64,000 bases of DNA from Lama guanicoe (Eukaryota). The notes under the pieces are model-generated. The model was given only the letters and a program-made list of their open reading frames with translations. It ran no database searches and was not told the DNA's origin. Of this stretch, positions 48,280 through 60,310 are shown piece after piece. Positions within the stretch are counted from its first letter, which is position 1. The number at the start of each line of letters is the position of its first letter. The position numbers were made by a program, and so were the translations under genes. The stretch covers positions 12,104,879-12,168,878 of the forward strand of contig MU053881.1 in NCBI GenBank assembly GCA_013239625.1. The letters are read 5' to 3'.

Positions 48280-51200
48280 CTATTAATTAATTTAACAAAT
48301 ACATAATAAGCACTTGCTTTGCACTGGCCAGTAGAATGCAACAGGGCCCCTAATGTCCTGGAGTTCACAACTCCAAGTTTATTGCTTAGAAAATAGATGG
48401 TAATAAGCAAGTAAGAGTAAGCATAAAATATAAATGAGAAATGAGGACAAACATATGGCAAGATAATGAAAAAAGGAAAAGTAATACTGAGAGGGAGATT
48501 TTTTAATTATGGTGAGAAAAGAAGGCTTATCTAATAACCAGTATTTGGTCACAAGTAAGAGAGAGAAAGCCAAGTGGCTAATGGAGAAGGGAAGTTTCAG
48601 GCAGAAGAAAAAGGATGTGAGGTAGGGCCATGACATGAAGGTGTGCTTGCCAAGTTTGAGGAAAACAAAGGAGGTCAGTACAGGTGAAGTTTAGGAAGCA
48701 GAGGAGAAAGCTGGAGAACGTGGTATCTGAGAGACCACAAAGGACCACGTATCAAAAGGTGCTGCCAGCCACTGCAACAAAATTTTCTTTTGCTCTGAGT
48801 GATATGCCTGTGTTATCGGAAGCCACTGGAAGATGCTGTGATCTAACGTGTTTCAAAAGAATCATGCTGGCTACTGGATTGCAAACGGATGTCAGCATAG
48901 GGGATAGAACACTTAGGAGGCTACTACAATGATTCAAGTGAGAAATAACGGTTGTTAAATCAGGAAGAGAGCAGTAGAGGTTGCTAGAAAACATCAGAAT
49001 CCTACGTATACATTAAAGGTAGAACTAACTAGATTTTCTTGTTGGAAGGAAGATAGGAGAAAAAGTCAAGAGTCGTGGACAAATCCAAGATTTTGGTACA
49101 AGGAGTTGGAAGGATGAAGTTCTTCTTTACTGAGATGGAAAAGACAAGAAGAAACAAGCTGGGATGGAGAGAGGAAATGGCAGTTAAATCTCAGATGTAT
49201 AAAGTTCAGGATGCCAATCTGCCATCCACACGGGACTCCTGGGAGACCAGCCAGATAGATAAGCCCATACTGGTTGAGACTGGAGACAGAAATTTAGAAA
49301 TCATCGGTTTTTAAATAGTTTTAAAAGCCAGAGTCTGGGTAAGATGACTCTGAAGTGACAGTAAACAGAGAAGGGAAGAGATCCAAGGACTAAGATGAGG
49401 AAACATTAGCAAAGGAGATGCACAAGTATCTAGTCTCTAAGAGGGAAACAATAACCCAGAATCGAAGTGTTACATCTGAGGTCTAGAAAGAGAAAGACTA
49501 AGGTGTGACCATTGGGTTTAGCCCTGTGGAGGCCACTGATGATTTCTGCCACACATTTTCAGTGGAGTAGTGGGCATAAAAACTGCTTTGAGTATTTTCA
49601 AGGAATTTAGGAGCAAGCAAACAGATACTTCATTCAAAGAGTTTTACCAAAAAAAAAGGGGGGGGGGAGTCCAGAAAAATAAGGCAGCAACTAGAACGAA
49701 ATATGAAGCCAGGAAATATTTTTTCAGATGTGAGAAATTATTGCATATTTGCATGCTATTAGAATAAATCAGGAAAGAGGAAGTGAGAGGGGGAAGCTGC
49801 TCCAGCACAAGTGTTGAGTTTGGCCTTAGAGGGAAACACAGGTTTCATTCCTAACAATGAAGGAAAGATACATTACAAGGGGAGACTTTCAACTTGACTG
49901 CTGCTGTCAGAGTGGGACGTTAGAAATTTTCTTTTGAGTGCTCCTACCTTCCCAGTGAAATAGAAAGCAAGGTTATCAAATGAGAATGAAAATGAGAATG
50001 TATGTGTTGAAGGTTTAATAAAAATAAGAAGATAGGAAATAGTCATCTAGGAAGAGTGAAAGAACAAATGGACTAGGAGAACGAGGTAGAATGGCTCAAC
50101 AGCAGACAGGCCCCCCTTGAATAAAGTGCCCATGGATTTCAAGTAAGACTATTCAACATAGTTTTTTTTTTTTTCCTAGTCATGCTCAACTATATAGGTC
50201 CAGAAGTAGAAAGCTGGATTCAACCAGGATTAAGTGTTACCATGTAAATACAACGAAGGGATAGAGGAAGAAAGGCCAGTGTAGTTCAGAGAAGTAATTC
50301 AAATGGCAGACCTGTTCAAGAATAACCAAAGACCAGCAATATCTGAGCTGAATCTATTAGTCTGCCACGCCAGAGAAAGTCACTCTGGAGTGGACAGTGA
50401 GCTCCTCTAACCGTGAGGTCTAAGACTAGATACAGGGCAAGAAGGAAGACTTTCTATCCAAGTACAACAGGATTCTGAAGAGCACTTTTTGATAACAAGG
50501 AAAAGCAGTGAAAGCATTTCTGAGGACTGGTCGTTATCTCAGCACGACTGGTCATTTGTGTGAGAGAATAAAACAGGACCTGATTCTCAACAAGATGGCA
50601 TAAAGTAACTTAGCGTCAAACTCGCTTAGAGTTAGGCGTGATCCAGTCCTAATGAACAGGTATGAGACTGGATTACACTTAGGGTCAAGCAATGGTCAAA
50701 CCCTGAAGTGCAGTACAAGGTTTGAGCATAGATATTTTATATTGAGACCAGAGAACCCAAGCTAAGAGTAACAATGAAAATGTGATATTAATGTAGAGTT
50801 AATGGAGTGAAAAAATTGTTGGCAGTATTAGAGGAAGTGAGCAAGAAATATGATGGCTGGAGAGTAGTTCTTATAATTAATATTATGGAAGGGATGTAAT
50901 TTTAGAAAATCTCAAAGTCTGGGGTTCAACTAAGGGAATTTATGGCTATAGAAGGTAAGGACAAGATCTCTGAAAGAGGAGTCAGGAACTTGGAAATCAG
51001 GGTGGTGAAAGATTTATTAACATAAACACTAAAATCATGCAACCCAATGTTTATAGCAGCACTGTATACAATAGCCAAGACATGGAAGCAACCTAAATGT
51101 CCATCAACAGATGACTGGATAAATAAGTTGTGGTATATCTATACAATGGATACTACTCAGCAATTTTTTAAAAAGTATAAAATAATGTCATTTGCAGAAA

Positions 51201-52050
51201 CATGGATGGACCTGGAGATCATCATTCTAAGTGAAGCCATAAATAGAAACAAAAATACCATACGGTATCACTCATATGTGGAATTTAAAACAAAACAAAA
51301 CAGAACAAAAAAGAATACACTAATGAACTCATCTGAAAAACAGAAACAGACTTGCAGACACAGTAAACAATCTTACGATTACTAGGGAAAAGGGGTGGGA
51401 AAGGATAAATTTGGGAGTTTGAGATTTGCAAATGCTAACCATTATCTATAAAAATAGATTAAAATAATTTCTTTTCTATAGCACAGGGAACTATATTCAA
51501 TATCTGGTAATCACCTTTCTGAAGATTATGAAAATGAATATATGTATGTATATGCATGACTGGGACATTATGCAGTATACCAGAAATTGATACATTGTAA
51601 CTGACTATACTTCAATTAAAAAAAGAAAATTAAAAAAAACTAAAATCAGTCATAATGATGATGGGAAAGCATTCGAGAAAATGACTGAGCTAGGAGCTAA
51701 AATCTTCACCAAATGAGGAGGTAATGCGTTTATGAAGACTACAACAAAGGAGGGGTAGCAGGAGTGCAGTCAGATCCTTTGGGTTTCAAGACTGGAAAGT
51801 TTTGGAGGGAGACAGAGAGAGAGAGACAATGATAAAGGTGTCTCTCTAATGATACACACCTTTAGAAAGAGCAGAAAGAGGTGAAAGAGGTGAAGATGAA
51901 GTCAGATTATTGGGATGTGCAGATTAAATAGGAATGAAAGTTCAGGTCGTGAAAGATGACCTGGGAAATCTTAGGCTTCTTGAAGAGGCTGAAGCATATA
52001 AAAATGAAGGGGATATGGGATTGTTCCTGGTGGACTTCAACACAGATTTC
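48280..52050 (-). mobile_element. Long L2 remnant, interrupted
   Basis: Starts with the reverse complement of the L2 3' end (ttaacaaatacataataagcac); extensive L2 motifs (gaagccactggaagat, tttactgagatggaaaagac, gaggccactgatga, ttcaaagagtttt). Confidence 0.8.
51038..51638 (+). mobile_element. Young 5'-truncated L1 with TSD
   Basis: aatgtttatagcagcactgtatacaatagccaagacatggaagcaacctaaatgtccatc (ORF2 C-terminus MFIAALYTIAKTWKQPKCPS), 3'UTR, poly(A); TSD actaaaatca at 51028-51037 and 51639-51648. Confidence 0.95.
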
Positions 52051-52200
52051 AGAGGAGAGACCAAAGAATGGAGGAGGAGAGAGAACTGGAGCTCTTGACA
52101 TAATTGAGCTCTGAAGCTCTATTATGATGTCTTTCGGCTCTTCTTTTTTAGCTGTCACTGCATTATCCCTAGAAAAATGATTCTATGCTTTGTTAAGAGT

Positions 52201-52340
52201 AGGGAGGGGATAGGTCAAATGGTAAAGTGAGGTCCTGGGTTCAATCACCAGTACTTCTTCTAAAAAATAAATAAACCGGATCACCTTCTCCCCAGGGAAA
52301 ATAAATTTTTTTAAAAAATTAATAAAATTAAAAAAAAAAA
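52201..52340 (+). mobile_element. Camelid tRNA-derived SINE (Vic-1 type), with internal deletion
   Basis: gggaggggataggtcaaatggtaaagt|gaggtcctgggttcaatcaccagtac..aataaataaacc..tcccc, A tail. Confidence 0.85.
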
Positions 52341-53139
52341 GTGTTTCCCATAGTCCTTGGTAACCATCCCCTGCTTTAAGAAACCATTTGCATAAGAAAA
52401 CTGATTCTTATGTGGCATCAGTTATTACATATCCTCAACAGAGGCCTGAATTACTTATCCCTTTTATCCAGAGCTCTCAAATATGCATTATCCAACAAGT
52501 TACATCTTACAAACCCGTATTTTGCACTGAGGTGAGCCGAAAAGCACAGCTAAACTCTGAAGCTGTAATTTCAAGTTTCCTGCCTTTCCTTTAATCAGCA
52601 TTCAATTGTCAACCACTTTCCATTTTACTTCTGTCTCTTAAAACTCAGCCCCAATTTATCACTTCCTTAAATTGTTTCTTTCTTCAAAAACAAAGTTGCC
52701 AGGCACCTAATATGTGTTATGTGCCGCGGAAGATACAAAGTTGAAGAAGATGCTATTTCTGCCCTGGAGGAGCTCAGAGCCTTGGGTGAGAAGCAAACAT
52801 GCAAGTAAGTAATGTAACACTTTGTGGAACATAGTGGGACATAGCATAATAGAGGGATATGTAAAACATAATTTTGTTTCCAGACTCCAGATCTGACCTT
52901 AGAATTGATCATCAAAGGTTTTACTGCCTTTCTTTTTTTTTTTTTTAAACTCACTGGCCATTTTGTAAGTCAGTTTGGAAGAGATGACTTTCCTCTTTCT
53001 TGTATTCAAAGTCTTGCTTATTTATAGCAAGAATCCAGAGCTCCAACTCCTTGACTTTGCATCCAAGACTACTTGTCAGCAACTACCAGCCATCCAACCC
53101 CTTCATACAGGTTTGAGTACTTATAGAAAAAAACTGAAT

Positions 53140-56100
53140 GGAGGAGTGATATCAGCAACATGGCAGCATTAGACACTCTTGGTCCCTCCCCTCAATCTAT
53201 AACCAGTAAAATACTCTTAACTCAGCAAAGGCGCCTCTGCCCAGCATACATGAACGCCAGAGAATTCTAGACATCTATACACCTAAATGTGTGAAGACTG
53301 GAAAACATAAAGGAGGCAGAACTGGGGCTAAGGTGGAGGGTGCCTGTGATCCCAGGCCTTCAGCCATGGCAGCCAAGCCTGCAACCCCAGAGAACCCAGT
53401 AGCGTCAGTGGAGGCAATGGGCACAACTCCAGCCCTTTGGCCACAGTGGTGCCCAAAACCCAGCAGCAGCAGAGGAATTTGCAACCTTGTCCTTTCAGTC
53501 ATGGAGGCACTCACAGCTCCATACCCCAACCCCACCCACAGTCAGGGCACCCTGAAACATGAAAACCCTAGACACAACAGAGGTACCTACAACCCCAGCT
53601 CCCATCCTGTTCTCCTCTCCCCTAGCAGCAGTGGATCCTGTGACTCAGGAGACCCTGGATATGGCAGAAGCACCCACAATCCCAGTGCCCCAAGCAGCAA
53701 TACCAGTGGCACCAGGAGGAGCAGGGCACCAGCAACCCCAGAGGCATCAACAACCAGGATACTGGATCACACCTCTGATAGAGGTAGTGGAGAGTAGAAA
53801 CTACTAATTCTCAAATATAACTTCAGGCAGCTCAAGAAAAAAAAAAATAAAACCCCTGTGCTTTAACAGCTTACTGGGGAAAAAAGGAAAGGCATCTAAT
53901 TTTTAACTAGTTGAATCCTTAGAACCAAGCAAGGAGGAAAAACTTACCCAAAGAAAAAACGTGTTTGCAACTCCAAATGTGCCATCAGAGAAATAAGCCA
54001 TCAAGCACCATAAGAAACCACAGCAACAGTGTATCACAAAAAGAAAATGACAATTCCCTAGAAACCAAATTGAGAGTCACATATATCGTGAACTAACTGA
54101 TAAATAACTCAGAATAGCTGTCATGAAGAAATTCAACAAGCTGCAAGAATATTCAGAAAGGCAGTTTAGTAAGCTCAAAAATAAAATTAATCAACAAAGG
54201 AATACTCTACCAAAGAGACTGAAACTCTAAAAAAAGAATCAAAAAGAACTTTTGGTGCTAAAGAACTCAATAAATGAGATGAAGAGTGCTTAAGACGGCA
54301 CTGAAAATAGAGCTGACCGTACAGAACAGAGAATTCGCAAGCTCAAAGACACAAATCTAGAAATGATACAGGTAGGAGAGAAGAGAATTAAGATCCAAAA
54401 AGAATGATGAAATGTTAAAAGAACTATCCAGCCCTTTTAGGAAGGGTAATGTAAGAATTAAGGTGTATCCCAGAAGAGGAAGAGAGGAAAAAGAGAGTAG
54501 AACGTTTATTTAAAGAAATAATAGCTAAGAAATTCCCAAACCTGGGGAAGGAACTGGATTTAAAAGCCCACTAAGCTAAGAAAACAACTAATAATCTCCA
54601 AAGAAAAAGACGTGCACCAAGACATAATATATTAAAACTGTCAAATTAATGACAAAGACAGAATTTTAAAGGCAGCCAGGGAAAAATATGGCAACCTACA
54701 AAGAAACTCCCATTAGGCTATCAGCAGATTTCTCAGCAGAAACTGTACAAGCCAAGAGGGAGCAGAATGACATTCTCAAAGTATTGGAAGATTAAAAACT
54801 GTGAGCCAAGAATATTCTGTTCAGTACAGTTTTCATTTAGATGTGAAGAAATAAAGACTTTCCCAGACAAACAAAAGCTCAAGGAGTTCATCAACACAAG
54901 ATCTGCCTTATAAAAAATGTTTAAAGAAGCTCTTGTACCTGAAACAAAAAGGCAAGAGTACACAAAATTTTGAGCCAAGTGATAAAGACATAGAATCAGA
55001 AAAATGCAACTCTATATTAGAATAGATGTTAAACAATTAAAACATAAAGGTTAAAGGGGGAAAAGCAGTAAAAAAATAACTATGGCTACTTTGATTTGGT
55101 AACAAACTCACAACATAAAAACGAGTAATTTGAAACAGCAAAAACAGAAAAGGGCAAAGGAAAACGACAGAAACCATACAGGTTTGAAGAGAAGATGCTT
55201 TCAGCAGAAAAAAAAATGACTGTTTTATGAGACATTTGTACAAGACTTATGGCAACCACAAAACATAAATCTAGAGAAGAAACACTAAACATAAAAAAGA
55301 GGAACATTAGAAAAACATCACAGAAAACCACCAAACCAAAATGGCAGACAGAATCCCAAGAATAAAGAAACAATGGAGACAGAACAGTTTACAAAAAACC
55401 TAAAATGGCTATACTAAGTCCTCATTTATCAACAAGCACCCTAAATGTAAATGGACTGAACTCAACAATAAAGACACAGGGTATCTAGATACATTAGAAA
55501 ACAAGACAACTGCATGTTGTTTCTAGGAAACCTAGCTCTAAAGACAAACATAGACTCAAAGTGAAGGGACAAAATTTGATATTCCAAGTAAATGGCAGCC
55601 AAAAGGAAGTGAGTATAGCTGTACTCACATCAGACAAAATAGACTTCCAGTCAAAAAATGTAGTAAGAGACAAAGATGAACAGTATATAATGATAAACAG
55701 GACAAGATATCAAGAAGATTTAAGTTATTATTTATATATGCACCTAACACAAGAGCACCAAAATACATAAAGCAATTATTAACAGACCTAAAGGGAGAAA
55801 TTGACAACAAGACAATAATATAAGGGGACTTTAACACTTACTTATATCAATGGATAGGTCATCCAGACAGAGAGTAAACAAAGAAACAGTGCCTTTAAAT
55901 GAAACATTAACTGGATAAAGCAGCTGTGGTACATTTATATAATGGAACACTACTCAGCCATAAAAAAGAATAAAACAATGCCATATGCAGCCACATGGGT
56001 AGACCTAGAGATTGTCATTCTAAGTGAAGTAAGTCAGAAAGAGAAAGAAAAATACCATATGCTATCACTCCTATGTGGAATCAAAAAAAAAAAAAGACAC

Positions 56101-58940
56101 AAATGAACTTACAAAACAGAAACAGACTCACAGACATAGAGAGCAAGCTTATGGTTACCAGAGGAGAAAGGGGGTGAGACGGGATAAATTAGGAGTTCGA
56201 GATTTGCAGATACTAACTACTATATATAAAACAGAACACACCAGTCACTAGTAAGGATATCGAACAGTAATCAAAAAACTCAAACAAAAATTTAGGACCA
56301 GACAGTTTCACCGGTGAATTGTTACAAACATTCAAACATTTGATACCTATCATTCTCAAACTCTTCAAAAAACTGAAGAGGAGAGAATGCTTTCTAATTC
56401 ATTTTAAAAAGCCAAAACCAGATGAGGAGAACACAAAAATGAAAATTACAAGCCAGTAGTATCTCTGATAAACAAAGTTGCAAAAATCTTTAACAAAATA
56501 TTAGCAAACCAAATACAACTATACATTAAAAGAATCATATCATGATCAGGTGGGATTTATTCAGGGATGTAAGGATGGCTCAACATCTACAAATCAGTAT
56601 GAGACAACACATTAACAAAATGAAGGATTAAAAATCTTATGATCATCTCAATAGATGCAGGGAAAACATCTGACAAGATTCAACACCCATTTATGATTAA
56701 AAACACTCAATAGAATGTATATAGAAGGAACATACCTCATCATAATAAAGGGCATATATGAGAAACCCACAGCTAACATCATACCAACAGTGAAAAACTG
56801 AAAGCTTTCCCTATAAGATTAGGAAGAAGACAAAGATGCCCACCTTCACCACTCTTACTCAGTACAGCATTCAAAGTCCTATTCAGAGCAATTGAAAAAG
56901 AGAAAAAGAAAAAGGCATCCAAATTGGAAAGGAAGAAGTGCAACTGTGGATAACATGATTTTACATAAAGAAAAATCCTAAAGACTCTACCAAAAGAAGT
57001 ATTAGAAATAATTAATGAATACAGTGAAGCTGCAGGCTACAAAATAAACATTAAAAATTGGTTGCATTTTATATGCTAATACTGAGCTAGCAGGAAGAGA
57101 AATTAAGAAAATAATCCCCTTTACAACCACAATAGAAAGAATAAATACCTAAGCATAAATTTAACCAAGTAGGTGAAAGATCTGCATACTGAAAACTTTG
57201 AGGCATATTTGAAAGAAATTTAAAAAGACACAAAGAAATAGAAAGATATTTTGTGTTCATGGAGTGGAAGAATTAATATTGTTAAAATGCCTATATTGCC
57301 TAAAACAATCCACAGATTCAATGCACCTTTATCAAAACTGTTACAATGTTTTTCATAGAAATAGAGCAAAAAATCCTTAAATTTATATGGAACCATGAAA
57401 GACTCAGAATAGCCAAAGTAAGCCTTAGAAAACAGAACAAAGCTGGAAGTAACATGCTCTCTGGTTTCAAGCTATGTTACAAAGCTATGTAATCAAAACA
57501 GCATGATGCTGGCAGAAAAAAACAGATATATAGATCTGTGGAACAAAACTGAGAGTTCAGAAATAAACCCACATGTATAGTAGCAATTAATTTATGGGAA
57601 AGGGGCAAAGAACATACATGGAGAAATTCAATAAATGGTGCTGGGAAAACCAGACACATAAAAAAAAAAAAAGAAAAGAAAGTAGACCACTATCTCACAC
57701 CACATACAAAAATTGCTCAAAATGGATTAAACACTTGAATGTAAGACCTGAAACCATGAAACTCCTAGAAGAAAACAGGCAGTACACTTTTTGACACAAG
57801 TCTTAGCCATATCTTTCTAGATATGTCTCCTCAGGCAAGAGAAACAAAAGCAAAAATAAACAAGTGGGACTGTAACAAACCAAGAAGCTTCTGCACAGGA
57901 AAGGAAACCATCAACAAAATGAAAAGACACATACTGATTGGGAGAAGTTATCTGCAAATCATATATCCAATCAGAGGTTAATACACAAAATATATGAAGA
58001 ACTCATACAACTCAACAACAACAAAATGGGCAGAGGATATGAATAGACATTTTTCTGAAGACAAATGGGCACAAGTAAAGATGGTTAACATTATCTCATG
58101 CCCATTAGAATGGCTATTACCAAAAAAAAAAAAAGAAAGAAAGAAAGAAAGAAAAGAAAGAAGTAACAAGTGTTGGCGAGGATGTGGAGAAAAGGGAACC
58201 CTCCTACACTGTTGATGGGAATGTAAATTGGTGCAGCAACCATGGAAACCAGTATAGAGATTCTTCAAAAACTTAAGAATAGAACTACCATACAATCCAC
58301 CTCTTTCAGTTCTGGGTATTTACTCAAAGAATATGAAATACTAATTTGAGAAGATTCTGCACCTCTGCTTTCATCGCAGCATTATTTATAATATCCAAGA
58401 TGTGGAAGCAACCTAAGTGTCTATCAATGGATTTATGTGTATATAATTATATATATATTTTATGGCTGTTCAGTATTTGAATATATATATGTAATATATT
58501 ATATATATATTAGAATACTAGATGTATTTATGTGTATATATATCTAATGCATACGTATATATTAGAATACTAAACAGCCATAAAAAAGGTGAAATCTTGC
58601 CATCTGTAACAACATTAATGGGCCTTGAGGGTGTTATGCTAAGTGAAATAAGTCAGATTGAGAAAGACAAATATTGTATGTTTTTACTCATATGTGGAAT
58701 ACGAAACACAAACCAACAAAAACAAAATAAATTTACAAATCAAAACAAACACATAGATACAGAGGACAGAGTAGTGGTTACCAGAAGGGAAGGGGTTGGG
58801 GGGAGGAAGAAATGGGCAAAAGCAGTCAAATGCATGGTGACAGATGGAAACTAAATTTTTGGTGATGATCATGCTGAACTGTATCAGAAATAGAACTATT
58901 AATGTTGTACACATGAAACTTATATAATGTATACAAAATT
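53140..58940 (+). mobile_element. Near full-length degraded L1 (5'UTR, ORF1 about 54010-54970, ORF2 from ATG 55405, 3'UTR)
   Basis: 5' gcaacatggcagc; ORF1 motifs (gaattcccaaacct, ccattaggctatcagcagatttctcagcagaaac); ORF2 EN start ctaaatgtaaatggactgaactc; RT and C-terminal motifs; many stops and frameshifts. Confidence 0.93.
55911..56238 (+). mobile_element. Younger L1 3' fragment replacing part of ORF2 of the host L1
   Basis: ctggataaagcagctgtggtacatttat..gggataaattaggagttcgagatttgcagatactaactactatatataaaa is homologous to 51115-51455; no poly(A) and no TSD. Confidence 0.85.
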
Positions 58941-59699
58941 ATATATGGAACAGAAATTGAAATCAGAGGACTTTAACCCAAATCCTTAATTACACACATG
59001 TGACATGTGTTTTAATTTGTTTTTGGTTAAGTACCTATGAGTAGAAGTCTTCTCTGACTCCTCATAATGGGTTTAATTCTCACCGGTATAATCCTCACAT
59101 CATAATATTGCCCATAGAATTTTCTGTATCCCCTGAAAGACCGAATGCTCCTTCAGTTGAGGGAGAATTTTTCTTGTTTCCTGTTGAAACACTAGCTCCT
59201 GGCAAGGTGCCTGAAAAGCAGCAGCTCATCACTGAGTAGTTATTGAATTCAGAGTCTTATTAATAGTACAGACAGAAAGGCTGTTGTCGGGTACTGCTAA
59301 CCCTTCTCCTTGTCTCACATACATCAGATGTCAAGCCTTGTCTCGAATGGTACTGAAGTTCCTCGATAGGTTTAGGGTTCCGCTTCAAATGTATTTAAAA
59401 GCCCACGAAGGCTTCATGCAGCACTAAGCACAATTTACTAAATGCCTCCTGACCAATTGCATGAATTCCTTTTATTTCCAAAACCCAAGTTCATAACAAC
59501 TTCTTCAAGCTGACATTGAAGACCTTATCAAAAGAGCACATAGCATGTTCCAAACACTCCTTCTAAAATATGTTATTTTTAGCCTATTTTCAAGTATTTC
59601 AAGTATTTCCTTTCCTAGTTCAAATATCTTCCCTCCTGGTTCAGCTATTTCTCCGCCTTGGGTGAACCCCTAGTTCACCTCCTTCTCTTCCTGCCTCCG

Positions 59700-59723
59700 C
59701 CCCCCCCCCCCCCCCCCCCCCCC
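59700..59723. repeat. Poly(C) run (24 nt)
   Basis: Read directly. Confidence 0.95.
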
Positions 59724-60169
59724 ACCCGCCACCTGTAGCCTGCAATTACTCAGCTGAATGTCTTTCTCTTGCAATTAATTTCACATACTACCTTTGAAAG
59801 ACAGCTTCGGTTCTTGCCTTTTCCCTGCTTTCCATTTCTTGTTTTCAAGAACATTTTTCAGCTCTCTCTCTCTGCTCCAAGATTAGCAGTAGGTGCTGAG
59901 AAAACAAAATTAACTAATAGACTATACCTTGTATGAGCTGGCATGCTAGGGGGTGGGGATGGCTGGTACTTAAATACATAGTTATAACACAATGGGATAA
60001 GGTACATAAGCATAAGGCAGCATTGAGAAGGGAACACCTTCTACCTGAGCATAGGAGGTAGAGGAATGGAGAAGTTATTAAGAAAATTGTTCTATGTCCT
60101 TTCTCTGGATTCCCATCATAAAATACTAAGTCACATTCATTCCAGCACTTTCTGTGGCTAACATCATTT

Positions 60170-60310
60170 GAGCACATCCATTATCTCATTTAATTCTTAT
60201 TACAACTCTGTGAGTTACAATGACATAGATACTAATATGGTCAGGATTTTATAGCTGAGGAAACAGACTAAGAGACACTGGGTCAATACTCAGGCTCTTA
60301 ACCACTATGT
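60170..60310 (-). mobile_element. MIR
   Basis: ttatctcatttaattcttattacaactctgtgag..tttatagctgaggaaacagact. Confidence 0.75.

Noticed and set aside
53291..53797. 168-aa ORF, the longest in the track
   Set aside because: It lies in the GC-richer, internally repetitive 5'UTR of the L1, starts at GTG, and has no recognisable domain
58430..58575. AT-rich block with duplicated tatatattagaatacta inside the L1
   Set aside because: Ordinary (TA)n slippage expansion at a common L1 3' site
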